Shown piece after piece: positions 40,871-53,812 of a DNA stretch of 64,000 bases. This DNA comes from an uncultured Candidatus Rokubacteria bacterium. GTDB taxonomy: Bacteria > Methylomirabilota > Methylomirabilia > Rokubacteriales > CSP1-6. The position numbers and the translations under genes were made by a program. The DNA is taken from the NCBI GenBank assembly GCA_963762145.1, contig CAVXJS010000009.1:128001-192000 (forward strand). Direction: 5' to 3'. Below the pieces are notes generated by a model. It saw only the letters and a list, made by a program, of their open reading frames with translations. It made no database searches and was not told the origin of the DNA. Each line of letters starts with the position of its first letter. The first letter of the stretch is position 1.

Positions 40871-41856
40871 ATGAGAGTGCTGCTCGCGGTCGTGCTCGTC
40901 GTGGCGGTCGGCGTGTCGGGGGCGGCCGCCCAGGCGCCCGCGCCGGTCAATCTCGCCTTCTCCACCCTGGATACCGGCAGCGCCTGGTACGTCTACGGCG
41001 CCACCATCGCCGAGCTGCTGCGGAAGACCTGCCGGCGGGCTCGAACATCGACGTCAAGCCGCGCGCCGGCGGCGTCGGCAACCCGCGGCTGGTGGCCAAG
41101 AACGAGACGCCGCTCGGCCTGTCGTTCACGGTGACCAACCGCTGGGCCCTCGAGGGCAAGGAGGCCTACGACCGAGAAGCTCGAGAACATCCGCGCCCTC
41201 GTCGGCGGCTTCGACACCTACTATCTCGTCGCCATGGCCACCAAGAAGCTCGGGATCACCTCGGTGCGCGAGCATCCGCGACAAGAAGCTGCCGGTCCGC
41301 GTCTACACCCAGCCGGTCGGCTCGCTCGGCGAGTTCGCCGGGCGCCAGGTAGCTGCGCGCGGCCGGCCTCAGCTACGCCGATATCAAGGGCTTCGGCGGC
41401 TCCACCCAGCACGTGGGCTACAACGTCATCATCGACGCCTTCAAGGACGGCCGCGCCGACATCCTGTTCGCGGTCGTGACCCCCAAGCACCCGTCGGTGA
41501 GCGAGATCGTGTCCTCGGTGGACGTGGAGTTCCTGGGTCTCGACGCGGATACCGCGAAGGCGCTGCTGCCGCTCGGCTACGTCGCGGCCACGATGCCGCC
41601 CGAGACCTTCAAGAACCAGTCGAAGCCGGTCAGCACCGTCGGATTCCCCACGGTGCTCATCACCAACTCGGACCTGCCCGAGCCGATCGCCTACACGGTG
41701 ACGAAGACCGTGGTGGAGAACAAGGACGCGCTCGTGCGCGGCCACGGCGGGCTGGCCGATTTCGATCCGCGGACGGCGTGGCAGCCCGATAAGGTCGGCA
41801 TCCCCCTGCATCCGGGCGCCGAGCGGGCGTACCGCGAGAAGGGGTGGATGAAATAG
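40871..41856 (+). CDS. TAXI-family TRAP solute-binding subunit, frameshifted
   Basis: Signal peptide, GSAWYVYG, GGVGN, AYTVTKTVVEN, IPLHPGAERAYREKG. Confidence 0.88.
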
Positions 41857-43515
41857 CCGCCGACCTCGTTCTCGTCAACGGCCGCATCCTGACCCTCGAC
41901 CCCCGGCGCCCCGTCGTCGCCGCGCTCGCGGTCGCCGACGGGCGGATCGCGGCCACCGGGGGGCGCGCGGAGGTCGAGCGGCGGCGCGACCGGCACGCGC
42001 GGGTGATCGACCTGCGCGGGGCGCACCGTCATCCCCGGGCTCGTGGACGCCCACGCCCATCTCGATCGCGAGGGGCTGAAGCTCATCTATCCCTCGCTCG
42101 CGCGGTGCCGCTCGATCGCCGATATCCAGCGGCTGATCCGCGGGCAGGCGGCCCGCCGGAAGCCGGGCGAGTGGATCGTCACCATGCCGATCGGCGCGCC
42201 GCCGTTCTACCAGGGCATGCCCGACGGCCTGGCCGAGCGGCGATGGCCGACGCGGGCGGACCTCGACGCCGCCGCGCCCGACCATCCCGTCTACATTCGC
42301 GGGATCTGGGGCTACTGGAACCGGCCGCCCGTCTACTCGGTCGCGAACAGCCGCGCGCTCGCGCTGGCCGGCATCACGCGCGACACGGTGCCGCCGCCGG
42401 GCGTGGAGATCCTGAAGGACGCCGCCGGCGAGCCCACCGGCGTGCTTCGTCGAGCACAATCTCATCCAGGTCGTCGAGTTCACCCTGATGCGTGCGGCGC
42501 CGCGCTTCACGCCCGCGGACCGCCTGCGCGCGCTCCGCGTCTCGCAGCGCCGCTACGCGGCGCGCGGGGTGACCGCGGTGTACGAGGGCCATGGGATCGC
42601 GCCCGAGGTGCTGGCCGCCTACCGGGAGAGCCACGCGCGGGGCGAGCTCCGGCTGCGCTGCGCGCTCGCGGTCAGCCCGACGTGGGACGCGGCCGGGGCC
42701 GCACGCGCGATTCCCGAGCTGGCCGCGTGGGCCGGTGGGCGCGGGCTCGGCGACGACCGCCTGCGCGTGGGCGGCATCTGCCTGCACTACGGCGGCGACC
42801 CCGGCGTCGCGCGCATCCTGCACGCGTCCCAGCCCTATACCGGATGGGCGGGGTTCGTCGAGAGCGCCAACGACCCCGCCGCCTATCGCGAGCAGGCCGA
42901 GCTGGCCGCACGCCACCGGCTGCGCGTCAACACACTGGTGACGCGGTGCTTGCCGGAAGTGCTCGACGCGTGGGAGGACGTGGCGCCGACGCCATCCCAT
43001 CCACGATCTGCGCTGGGTCCTCGTGCATCTCAACGCGGCCAGCGCCCGAGCAGCTCGCGCGCATCCGCCGGCTCGGCGCGGTGGCCACGACCAACCCCAT
43101 CTCCTACCTCTACCGCTCGGCCGGCGACGAGGTGGCGAAGCTCGGCGGCGCCGCCGACCAGCTTCTGCCTCACCGGAGCCTGGCCCGCCACCGCATCCCG
43201 TTCGGGATGGCCACCGACAACAAGCCGGCCGATCCGTGGGTCGCTTTCGCCGCGGTGGTAGCCCGCCGCGACATGCGCACGGGCATCGTCGTGGGCGAGC
43301 GCGAGCGGCTCACCCGGACCCAGGCGCTCGTCGCCCTCACGCAGGGCGGCGCCTGGGTGACGTTCGCCGAGCGGGAGCGCGGCCGGCTGGCCCCGGGCTG
43401 GGCCGCCGACCTCGCGGTGCTCGAGCACGACCCGCTGACCGCGCCGCTCGAGGCACTGGTCGGACAGACGGCGCGCCTCACCATGGTCGGCGGCGAGATC
43501 GTCCACGATGCCTGA
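41844..43515 (+). CDS. Amidohydrolase-3 (YtcJ/NfdA-like), frameshifted
   Basis: ADLVLVNGRILT, VIPGLVDAHAH, GEPTG, GRLAPGWAADLAVL, TMVGGEIV. Confidence 0.87.
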
Positions 43516-45400
43516 GCTGCGCTCGCCGCGGGTGTGGCTGGCCATCGCCTGGTCGAGCTTCCAGCTCTACACGGCCTACGCCGGGCTCTACGACCTGCTG
43601 ATCCAGCTCCCGGTGCACGTGGCCTTCGCCATCGCGCTCGGGTTCCTGACCGAGCCGACGCCCGACTCGTCCGAGGCCGCAGCCCGGCTGGCCTCACAGC
43701 GCCCTCGGCGCTGGCTCGACGGCGGCCTGGCGCTGCTGGCCTTGCTCTGCGCCGCACACTACGTGTGGCACAACGAGCGGCTGGCGAGCCGCATGGCCAT
43801 GGTGGACGATCCCGGAGCGCGTGGATGTCGTCGTCGGCGTGCTCTTCACCGTGCTGCTGCTGGAGGCGTCTCGCCGCCACATCGGCCCGGCCCTCGTCAT
43901 CCTGGCGCTCGTCTTCGTGGCGTACGCGTTCGCTGGCCCCTGGCTGCCCGGCTTCGTCGGCCACGGCGGAGAGACGTTCCTCAAGCTGATCGACCAGCAG
44001 ACGCTGACGACCCAGGGGATCTTCGGCATCCCCACGCTGGTCTCGGCCACGTTCATCTTCCTGTTCGTGGTCTTCGGCAGCGTGATGTCCCACGGAGGCC
44101 TGCTCGCGCTTCTTCACCGACGGCGCCCTCGCGGTCGCCGGCGGCACCCGCGGCGGCGCGGGGAAGGTCGCGGTGATCTCGAGCGGGCTGTTCGGCACGG
44201 TCAACGGCAGCGCGATCGCCAACGCGGTCACCACGGGCGCGTTCACGATCCCGCTGATGAAGCGCGCCGGCTACCGGCCGGAGTTCGCCGCCGGGGTCGA
44301 GGCGTGCGCGTCGATGGGCGGCCAGCTCATCCCGCCGGTCATGGGCGCGGCCGCCTTCATCATGGCGGAGACGCTGCAGGTGTCGTATGCCTCGATCGCG
44401 GTGGCGGCCGCGATCCCCGGCGTGCTCTACTTCGTCGCGGTCGGCGTGATGGTCCACTTCGAGGCCGCGCCGCCGGGGCCTGCCCGTGCTGGACCGCAGC
44501 GCGCTGCCGCGCCTGGGCGCCGTCCTGCGACGCGACCTGCACCTGCTGGGGGGCCCGGCCGTGCTCGTGTACTTCCTCGTGGACGGGCGCTCGCCGCTCT
44601 TCGCCGGGTTCTGGGCGCTGGTCGCGGCGTTCGCCCTGTCGTGGGTGCGTCGGGACACCCGGATCGGGCTGGCCCGCAGCCTCTCGATCCTCGTCGACAG
44701 CGCCCAGGCCGCGATGCCGGTGGCGCTGGCGTGCGCGACGGTCGGGCATCGTGGTCGGCGTCGTGACGCACCACCGGGCTCGGGCTCAAGCTCGCCACCG
44801 GCATCGTCGGCCTGGCCGGAGGCAGCCTGCTCCTCACGTTGATCCTCACGATGGTCGCCGCGCTCGTGCTGGGCACCGGGCTGCCGACCTCCGCGACCTA
44901 CATCATCACGTCGATCATGGCCGCCCCGGCGCTGGTCGAGCTGGGCGTGCCCAAGCTGGTCGCGCACATGTTCGTGTTCTACTTCGGAATCCTGGCCGAC
45001 CTCACCCCGCCGACCGCGATCTCGACCTACGCGACCTCGTCGATCGCGGGCGCCGACGTGTGGCGCACGCAGTGGCTGGGCATGATGCTGGCCCTGTCGG
45101 GCTTCATCATCCCGTTCTCGTTCGTCTACGACCCGGCGCTGCTGCTGATCAACGCCTCGGTGCCCCACATCGTCTTGCGGACACTGGCGGCCACGCTGGG
45201 GATCGTCATGCTGGGGGCCGGCCTCATCGGGTACTTCCGCGACGCCGACCCGTCTCTGGGAGCGCGTGCTGCTCCTGGCCGGCGCGCTGCTGCTGATCTT
45301 TCCCGGCGCCTGGACCGATGCGGCCGGGATTCTCTGCTTCGCCGCGGTAGTCGTCTCGCAGCGCGCCGCTCGACCGGCCGGCGCCACGGAGGTAGCGTGA
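43508..45400 (+). CDS. TRAP 4TM/12TM fused permease (TAXI type), frameshifted
   Basis: GIFGIP, GSAIANAVTTGAFTIPLMK, GGQLIPPVMGAAAF, LGTGLPT, TPP. Confidence 0.9.
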
Positions 45401-46771
45401 TGGCACAGGGCATCCGGGACTTCGTGGCCGGCTACGAGCGCGCCTTCCCGGGCGAGGTCGTGCACGTGACCGAGCCGGTGACGACCGATCACGACATCAT
45501 GGCGCTCGTGCTCGAGTACGAGCGGCGGCGGCGCTGGCCCATCCTCCTGTTCGAGAAGGTCACCGGCGCCGACATGCCGATCATCGCCAACGTGGTGGCC
45601 AGCCGCACCGCGCTCGCGTGGGCGCTCGGGGTGCCCGAGGCGCGCCTGGCGCGGGAGTACGCGCGGCGCATCAAGGACACGATCAAGCCCACGGTGGTCG
45701 CGCGCGCGCCGTTCCACGAGCGCGTGCTGACCGGCGCCGACCTCGATCTCGGCCGCGCTGCCGATCCCGACCTATTTCCCGGGTGACGCGGGCCGCTACC
45801 TGACCGCCGGCATGCTCGTCGCGCGCGATCCCGAGACCGGGGTGGAGACCGAGGGCTATCACCGCTTCCAGGTGAAGGGCCGCGACCGCATGGGCGTGAG
45901 CCTCCATTCGCGCCGCCGCATGTTCGAGTACCAGCGCCGCGCGGAGGCGCGCGGCCAGGCGCTGCCGTGCGCGGTCGCGCTCGGCCTGCACCCGCTCGTG
46001 TCGATGGGCTCCCTCGCCTACCCGCCCGCCGAGGTCGGCAAATTCGAGGTGGTGGGCGGCCTCTTCGGCGAGCCGCTCGAGGTCGCGCCCTGCACCACCA
46101 TCGACCTCACGGTCCCCGCGGCGGCCGAGATCGTGATCGAGGGCGAGATCCTGCCCGGCGTGCGCGAGCCCGAGGGGCCGTTCGGCGAGTTCACCGGCTA
46201 CTTCTCGCGCCGCTCGACCGAGCACGTCTTCCAGGCCAAGGCGATCTCGATGCGGACGAGCCCCTGGTTCCAGTCCATCGGCTCCGGCCGCGCGGGCGAC
46301 CACATCACGACGCTGGCGCTCGTGCGTGAGGCGGAGATCTGGAACGCGCTCCAGCGCGTGATCCCCAACGTGACCGGCGTCCACGTGCCGCTGTCCGGCA
46401 CGTCGTCCTTCACCGCCTACGTCGCGATCAAGCAGGGCCGCCCGGGCGAGGCCAAGCACGTGATCCCGATCGTGCTCGGGGTGGACCACTACCTCAAGCT
46501 CGTGATCGTGGTGGACGACGACATCGACGTGTTCGACGAGTCCGACGTGATGTGGGCGGTGGCCACCCGCATGCAGGCCGACCGCGACCTCGTCACCATC
46601 GGCGGCAGCCTCGGGGCCCTGCTGGATCCGAGCGCCGACGAGCGCGGGGTGACCGCCAAGCTCGGCATCGACGCCACCCGGCCGTTCGGAGAGCCTTTCG
46701 CGGACAAGCTCGTGATGGATCCCGCGAAGATGGCCTGGGCGCGCACGCTGGTGGATCGCCTCGGGGGCTGA
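45400..46771 (+). CDS. UbiD family prFMN-dependent (de)carboxylase, frameshift near 45757
   Basis: DAGRYLTAG, YHR, AEIVIEG, EGPFGEFTGY, VVDDDIDVFD..WAVATR, KLGIDAT. Confidence 0.92.
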
Positions 46772-46796
46772 AGCACACACCTCAAGGAGGTTTCTC

Positions 46797-48026
46797 ATGA
46801 CCACGCCTCGTCGCATCAATGTCTCCTCCGGCCGGACCCTCGAAGAGACGGCGCACTACTCGCGCGCGGTCCGTGTCGGCGACACGGTGCTGCAAGCCGG
46901 CACGACCGCGATCGACCGGAAAGGCGACGTGCGCGGCGTCGGCGACGCCACGAAGCAGGTCGAGACGATCATGGCCATCGCGGAGTGGAGCATGGGCAAG
47001 GCGGGCGGTCGCCTCGACGACGTGGTGCGTTCCCGGATCTACGTCACCGACATGAAGGTCGCGGACGAGGCGGCGCGCGCCCTAGCCAGGCGCTTCCGTG
47101 ACGTGCGGCCGGCCTCGACGCTGGTCGAAGTCCGTGGGCTCGCGCGCCCGGAACAGCTCGTCGAGATCGAGCTCGAGGCCGTCGACGGTGCCGGCAAGAG
47201 CGCCCGCCGCATCGGCTCGGGACGGTCCATCGAGGACCAGTACGCATACTCCCGGGCGCTCCGGGTGGGCGACCGCGTGTTCATCTCCGGCAGCACCGCC
47301 CTCAACGCGCAGGGTGGGATCGACGGGCCCGGTGACATGTACCGCCAGACCCGGAGCACCCTGGACACGATCTTCGCGGCACTGGCCGAGGCCGGCGGCA
47401 AGCCCGCCGATCTCGTCTACACGAAGAGCTTCTTCTCCGATCTCTCGCACATGGCCGACTACACGCGCGCATGGCTGGAGGCGTTCGGCGACGTCCGGCC
47501 GACGTCCACCACGCTCGGCATCCCCGCGCTGCTGCGGCCGGAGATGCTGATCGAGATCGAGGCGGAAGCGATCATCGGCGCCGCGAGGACACGGCGCGAC
47601 GTCTACACGCAGCAGCAGCGCGAGAAGTCTCGGGGCTATGCGCGGCTCGTGGAAATCGGGGAGCGGATCTACATGAGCGGGTGCACCGACCTCGATGCGG
47701 CCGGCCAGCTCCAGGCGCCGAACGACTGGGCGGCCCAGTACGACCACGCGCTCGAAACCGTGCGCTGGTCGCTGGATCAGGTGGGCGCATCCCTCGACGA
47801 CGTCGTCCGGCGCCAGACGTTCACCGTCGATCGCGCGCAGGTGAATCGTGCGCCCGGTCAGGGCCCGGCGTACTTTGCCGGGAGCCGGCCCGCGTCGATG
47901 GGCTGCCGCATCATGGGCCTCGGGCGGCCGGAGCTGCTCGTCGAGATCGAGGTGATGGCCGTGAAGGGCGCCGGCACCGGGATCGAAGCGATCGGTCCGG
48001 ATTCCGTGGATCCGGTCGATCGCTGA
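46797..48026 (+). CDS. Protein of three tandem Rid (YjgF/YER057c/UK114) domains
   Basis: Three ~130-aa units, each with Y(S/A)R..G, RP(A/T)S and L(V/I)EIE; AAGGAGG RBS. Confidence 0.88.
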   Translation: MTTPRRINVSSGRTLEETAHYSRAVRVGDTVLQAGTTAIDRKGDVRGVGDATKQVETIMAIAEWSMGKAGGRLDDVVRSRIYVTDMKVADEAARALARRFRDVRPASTLVEVRGLARPEQLVEIELEAVDGAGKSARRIGSGRSIEDQYAYSRALRVGDRVFISGSTALNAQGGIDGPGDMYRQTRSTLDTIFAALAEAGGKPADLVYTKSFFSDLSHMADYTRAWLEAFGDVRPTSTTLGIPALLRPEMLIEIEAEAIIGAARTRRDVYTQQQREKSRGYARLVEIGERIYMSGCTDLDAAGQLQAPNDWAAQYDHALETVRWSLDQVGASLDDVVRRQTFTVDRAQVNRAPGQGPAYFAGSRPASMGCRIMGLGRPELLVEIEVMAVKGAGTGIEAIGPDSVDPVDR

Positions 48027-48042
48027 AGCATCGATGGGCCGC

Positions 48043-48951
48043 CTACTCGCCGCGGAGCCGGGGATCGAGCAGGTCGCGGAGCGCGTCGCCCACCAGGTTG
48101 AAGGCGAGCACCGCCAGCATGATCGCGAGCCCGGAGAACGTGGTGATCCACGGGCAGCACTTGATGTACTGGCGGCCCTCGCTGAGGATGTTGCCCCAGC
48201 TCGGCGTGGGCGGCGGGATCCCGAGGCCCGAGGAACGACAGGCTCGCCTCGGTCCGGATGGCGGTCGCGATGTAGAGCGTGCCCACGACCACCAGCGCGT
48301 AGAGCGCGTTGGGGAAGACGTGGCGGGCCATCACGCGGAGCTGCCCGCTGCCGAGGGCGCGCGCGGCCATGATGTAGTCCTGCTCGCGGATGGTCAGGGC
48401 GAGGCTGCGCGCCAGGCGCACGAAGTTCGGGGTCAGCGCGATGCCGATGGCCAGGATCTCGTTGATGAGCGAGCCGCCCAGCGCGGTGACGATGATCAGC
48501 GCCAGCAGGAGCGTGGGAAACGCCATCAGCATGTCCGCGCACCGCATGATCAGCGGTCTCGACCTCGCCGCCGCGCACGCCGGCGAGGATGCCCAGCGGC
48601 ACGCCGAGCACGAAGCCCCAGAGCACCGAGGCGAGGCCGACCTGCAGCGAGACGCGCGCGCCCCAGATGATGCGGCTCAGGATGTCGCGCCCGAACTCGT
48701 CCGTCCCCAGCAGGTGGCGCTCGACGCGCCCGGCCCCTTGAGCACGGCGTCGGAGAACTGCGCCGACGGGCTCAGCGGCGCGATGAGGGGCGCGGCGGCC
48801 GCCATCACGACCATGGCCACCGCCATCAGGAGCCCGATCCCGATGGGCAGCCAGCGGCGCAGGTAGCGGCGGCGCGCGGGCGCGCCTGCGCCTCTCGCCT
48901 CGGCGGCGGCGACGCTGAGGTCGAGCGATCCGCGCTGCGAACGATGGCCAT
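48043..48951 (-). CDS. DppC-like ABC permease, frameshifted
   Basis: [49 protein letters not shown]. Confidence 0.88.
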
Positions 48952-48968
48952 GGCGGCTCCGGTCCGGC

Positions 48969-49980
48969 CTACCGGTAGGTGATCGCGGGGGTCGACGACC
49001 GCGTAGAGCATGTCGACGACCAGGTTGACGACGATGATGATCATGGTGAACACGGTGATGGCGCCCTGGGCCAGCGGGTAGTCGCGGGCGCCGATGGCGT
49101 CCACCAGCATCTTGCCGAGCCCGGGCCGCGTGAAGACCGTCTCGGTGAGCACGGTGCCGGTCAGCGCGATGGCCACGAAGATCCCGATGATGGTGAGCAG
49201 CGGGACCATCATGTTGCGGAGCGCGTGCTTGTAGACGACCAGCGCGCTCGCCCTGGCCCTTGGCGCGCGCGGTGCGGATGTAGTCCTGGCTGATCACCTC
49301 CAGCATGGCCGAGCGCGAGAGCCGGCTGACCGTGGCGGCCAGCGTGAAGCCGAGCGCGAGCGCGGGCAGGGCCAGGTGGTGGAGGACGTCGCCCACCGCG
49401 GCGAGGAAGTCGCGCGGGCTCGGTGAAGACCTCGCCGGAGCGGATCATGGCGAGGACGCCGTCGAGGTCGCCGCCGCCGATGAGCGGGAAGATGTCGAGG
49501 TGCAGCGAGAACACGATCAGGAGCAGGATCCCGAGCCAGAACACCGGCATCGACAGGCCGAGCAGCGCGAAGATCCGCAGCGGGTAGTCGATCAGCGGGT
49601 TGCGGCGCTTGAGCGCGGAGATGATGCCGATCGGGATGCCGATCAGGGCCGCCACGACGGCGCTCGCCACGACCAGCACCAGGGTGTGCGGGAACATGCG
49701 GGCGATGTACTCGCTGACCGGGTAGCCCTGGCGGAAGCGAGTTGCCGAAGTCGAACTGCACCGACCGCCAGATGTAGTCGGCGTACTGGACCGCCAGCGG
49801 CCGGCTGCAGCCCGAGGTTCTTGGTGCAGTCCGCGAGCGCCTCGGTGGTCGCCTGGTCGCCCATCATGGCCACGCACGGGTCGCCCGGGCAGGATGCGCA
49901 TCGCGAAGAACACGATGCTCATGGCCCCGAGCAGCATCGGCACCGCGACCAGGAGCCGCCGCACGCACGTACTTGAACAT
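48969..49980 (-). CDS. DppB-like ABC permease, frameshifted
   Basis: GLSMPVFWLG, RSAMLEVISQDYIRTARAKG, ETVFTRPGLG. Confidence 0.88.
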
Positions 49981-49996
49981 GGCTCGCGAGCTCAGC

Positions 49997-51616
49997 TCAG
50001 TTGAGGACCTTGAGCATCTCCGGGTAGTTGTAGCTGTAGTGCAGCGAGAACTCCCCGTACTCCGGGTCGAACGGGCGTGCTCACCCGCTTGGGGTTGCGC
50101 GCCCACTGCCCCGGCACGTCGCTGATGGGCAGGCAGATCAGATCCCGCTCCATGCGCTTCTGGGCCTCCGCGTAGATCGCGGCCCGCTTCTTCACGTCGC
50201 GCTCCAGCCGGCCCGCGGCGAGCAGGTCGTCGATCGCCCTGGTAGTGGGCGAAGTTGGTGCCCTTGTTGCCGGTGGCCGGGTCGGGAATCTCCTTGCGAG
50301 TCGAAGAACAGCGAGAGCCAGGGGTCGGCGTCGGTGATGCGCGTGCCGCCGTAGAGCACGAAGGGGTTCAGGTTCTTCCGGATGTTCTCGTGGTAGGTCG
50401 CGTGCTCGACGACCTGCAGCTCCACGTTGATGCCCACCTTCTTGAGCTGCTCCTGGGCCAGCGTGAGCACCTTGGGATAGAAGAACGACTTGCTGATGAA
50501 GTAGTTCTTGATCGTGAAGCCGTTCGGATGGCCGGCCTCGGCCAGGAGCTTCTTGGCCTTCTCGGGGTCGTACTCGGGGAACGTCCATCGGGATGTGGCC
50601 GAAGTAGCCGGGGGGCACGCAGCTCGATGGCCAGCCGCGCCAGACCGCCGGGGTACATGGTCTCCTTGATGGCCTTGCGGTCGATGGCGTGCATGAAGGC
50701 CCGGCGCACGCGGATGTCGTCGAAGGGCGGCTTGGTCATGTTGATGTAGAAGCGCTCCTGCCCGCCCGGGCCCCGCCGGTCGATGACCGCGCCCATCTTC
50801 TTGACCTGGTCGGCGAAGTCGGCGGTGACCGCCTCCGGGATAGAGCAGGTCGAACGTCCCCTTCTCGAGCCCGATCAGCTTGGTGGCGTCCTCGGGCACG
50901 TCGAACCAGTGGACCTCGTCGATCTGGGGCTGCCCGCCGTGGTACTTGTCGAAGGCCTTGAGGACGATCTTCTCCCGCGGCGAGTGCCGCTCGAAGTAGA
51001 AGGGGCCGGTGCCGACCGGGTTCCACTTGAACTGCTCGCCGTGCTTCTCGGCCGCCTTCTTCGAGACGATGTAGCCCTGCTGGTAGCCGACCATGCGCAG
51101 GAGGAAGATCGGGTCGAAGGCCTTCAGCGCGATCTGGACGGTGTGGGGATCGACGACCTCGATGGACTTGATCACCTCGAGGTTGACGCCGAAGCGCGTG
51201 CCCGGCGCCCGGTTGATCTGCCGCTCGAAGCTGAACTTGACGTCCTCGGCGGTCAGCTCGCCGAAGCCCTTGTGGAACTGCACGCCCTTCTTGAGCTTGA
51301 ACGTCCACACCGTGCCGTCGGGCGAGAGCGTCCAGCTCTCGGCGAGGTCGGGCTCGACCTCGGCGGTGGTGACCTTGCCGTCCTTGATGGCGAACCGGGT
51401 GAGCCCCCGGTACATGAAGCGCTTGATGGCCTGGGTCTGCCCGAGGATGCTCGTGTGCGGATCGAGGGTGTCGGGCTCCTTGGCCGCGATGTTCAGGACC
51501 TTCTTCTGGGCCTGGGCCGCGGGCGGCGCCGCGAGGGCGCCCAGGCCCATGATCAGCAGGACCGCGAGGACGGTGACGGACCGGAACGCGAACCATGAGC
51601 GGAGCGGGCTCGGCAT
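49997..51616 (-). CDS. Family-5 ABC substrate-binding protein, frameshifted
   Basis: EPDTLDP, PDLAESW, VGTGPF, PFDDIRVRRA. Confidence 0.88.
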
Positions 51617-51874
51617 GGGTATCCCCCTTGCGTGGAGTCGATGGGAAGCGGGCACAGGAATCGTAGCGCGGCCGGGAGGCGCCGCGATCGTGGACCTCGA
51701 GCGGGCCGGGACCGGGTCGGTCATCAGCGACCTCCGGCGGACCGTTGGGGGGCCAGCCCTCGACCCGCGGGCACCGCGCGCGGGGAGCGCCGCGGCTCAC
51801 CCGACGGGGTCAGGGTGCCGCCCAGGATAGTCGAGGTCGTCGCCCGCGACAAGCGGCAAGTAGCCGGGAACGGC

Positions 51875-52809
51875 CTACTTGAGCCGCGGGTCGAGGGCGT
51901 CGCGGAGGCCGTCTCCGAAGAGGTTGAACCCCAGCACGGTGACGAAGATGGCAGGCCCGGGAACAGGGACAGCCACGGGTTGGCCTGGATGAAGGCCACG
52001 TTCGCCTTGAGGTCCCATCCCCAGCTCGGCGTCGGGGGCTGGGTCCCCAGGCCCAGGAAGCTCAGCGTGGCCTCCACGATGATCGAGGTGGCGATGCCCA
52101 GGGTCGTGGTCACGATGATGGGAGCCAGGCAATTGGGCAGGATGTGGCGCGCCAGGATCATCGGATCGCGTACCCCGAGGGCCCGGCAGGATTCGATGTA
52201 CTCCTTCTCCTTGATCGAAAGCACACTGCCCCGGACGAGCCGGGCGTAGATGGGAATGCGCACGATCGCGATGGCGCCCGTCACCTTGATGGTGCCGATC
52301 AGCCCCGCGGTGGGCGTGAAGATGACCATCAGGATGATCGCCAGCAGGTAGATCGGGAAGGCGAGGATGAGGTCCATCGCGCGCATCACGACGCTGTCGA
52401 CCCGACCGCCGTAGTAGCCGGCGATCAACCCGAACGGCACCCCGACGAAGAGGGCGAGCAGCACCGAGGACACGCCGACCAGGAGCGAGATCCGGGTGCC
52501 GTGGATCACGCGGCTCAGCATGTCGCGTCCGAGCTGGTCGGTCCCGAGCGGATGGTCCCAGCTCGGGCGCGCGAAGGTCTGCGTCTGGTCGTTGGCGATC
52601 GGGCTCTGCGGCGCGAGGACGTCCGCGAAGAGGGCCACCAGCAGCAACCCGGCCACGATGACCACCCCGATGACGGCGGTCGTGCTCTTGCGCAGCCGAC
52701 GGATTGCCTGCCGGAGCGGCGACTCCGAGCGATCGCCGGCCGACACCGCGATGCCGACGGGCAGCGCGGCCTCGAGAGCTCCCCTGAACGACTCCCCGCC
52801 GTTGGCCAT
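51875..52809 (-). CDS. DppC-like ABC permease, frameshift near 51955
   Basis: HPLGTDQLGRD, EYIESCRALG, EATLSFLGLG, GDGLRDALDPR. Confidence 0.9.
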
Positions 52810-52819
52810 CGCGCCCTCC

Positions 52820-53794
52820 TCAGGCGTACCGGATCCGCGGATCCAGGAACGTGTAGGTCAGGTCCACGAGCAGGTTGATGACCACGAACGCGAGCGCGGT
52901 GATGAGGGCGAAGCCCTGCACCTGCTGATAATCACGGGCGACGATGGCGTCGATGCCGAAGGTGCCGAGCCCGGGCATCGCGAAGAGGGTCTCCACCACG
53001 ATCGCGCCGCCGATGAGGAAGCCGACCTGGAGGCCCATCACGGTCACGGTCGGGATCAGGGCGTTCTTGAGCGCGTGCTTGAACACCACCGGCCGCTCTC
53101 CCAGGCCCTTGGCCCGCGCGGTGGTGACGTACTCGGTCCGGATCACCTCCAGCATGCTCGCGCGGAGCAGTCGGGTGAGGATGGCGGCACGCCCCACCCC
53201 GAGCGCGAAGGCGGGCATCAGCACATGCATCGTGTTACCCCACAGGCTCGCGCTGCAGACGATCGAGGGGCAGGTGCCCGGCAGGTAGACCCACCCGGAG
53301 CTCGGGAGCAGGCCGCCGAGGCCGATGGAGAACGCGAGCAGGAGCAGCACCCCGATGAAGAACTCCGGGATCGAGACCCCGATCATGGCCGCGGTCGTCG
53401 CGGTGTAGTCGGCCCAGGTGTTCTGCCGCAGCGCCCCGATGATCGCGGCGGGCACCGCGATCACCAGGGCCACGAACATCGACAGCACGATCAGCTCGAG
53501 GGTCACCGGCAGGCGGATCAGGACGTCCTGGAGCACCGGGCGCCCGGTGAGGATCGAGGCGCCCCAGTCGCCCTGCACGAGCTTGCCGAGCCAGATGAGA
53601 TACTGGACGACGATTGGCTTGTCCAGGCCGTAGGCCTCGCGGGCCTTGATCGCGTCCTCCTCGGTATAGGCGTCGCCCAGGACCGAGACCACCGGATCAC
53701 CGGGCACCGACCGCATCATCACGAAGACCACGAAGGTGATCATGAGGACCGTCGGCACGATCTGGACCAGGCGCTTCAAAATGTACGTGCGCAT
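52820..53794 (-). CDS. DppB-like ABC permease
   Basis: Intact ORF; EYVTTARAKG, HALKNALIP, ETLFAMPGLG. Confidence 0.93.
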   Translation of the reverse strand: MRTYILKRLVQIVPTVLMITFVVFVMMRSVPGDPVVSVLGDAYTEEDAIKAREAYGLDKPIVVQYLIWLGKLVQGDWGASILTGRPVLQDVLIRLPVTLELIVLSMFVALVIAVPAAIIGALRQNTWADYTATTAAMIGVSIPEFFIGVLLLLAFSIGLGGLLPSSGWVYLPGTCPSIVCSASLWGNTMHVLMPAFALGVGRAAILTRLLRASMLEVIRTEYVTTARAKGLGERPVVFKHALKNALIPTVTVMGLQVGFLIGGAIVVETLFAMPGLGTFGIDAIVARDYQQVQGFALITALAFVVINLLVDLTYTFLDPRIRYA

Positions 53795-53812
53795 CGCGCG
53801 GCCGGCTCCCGC

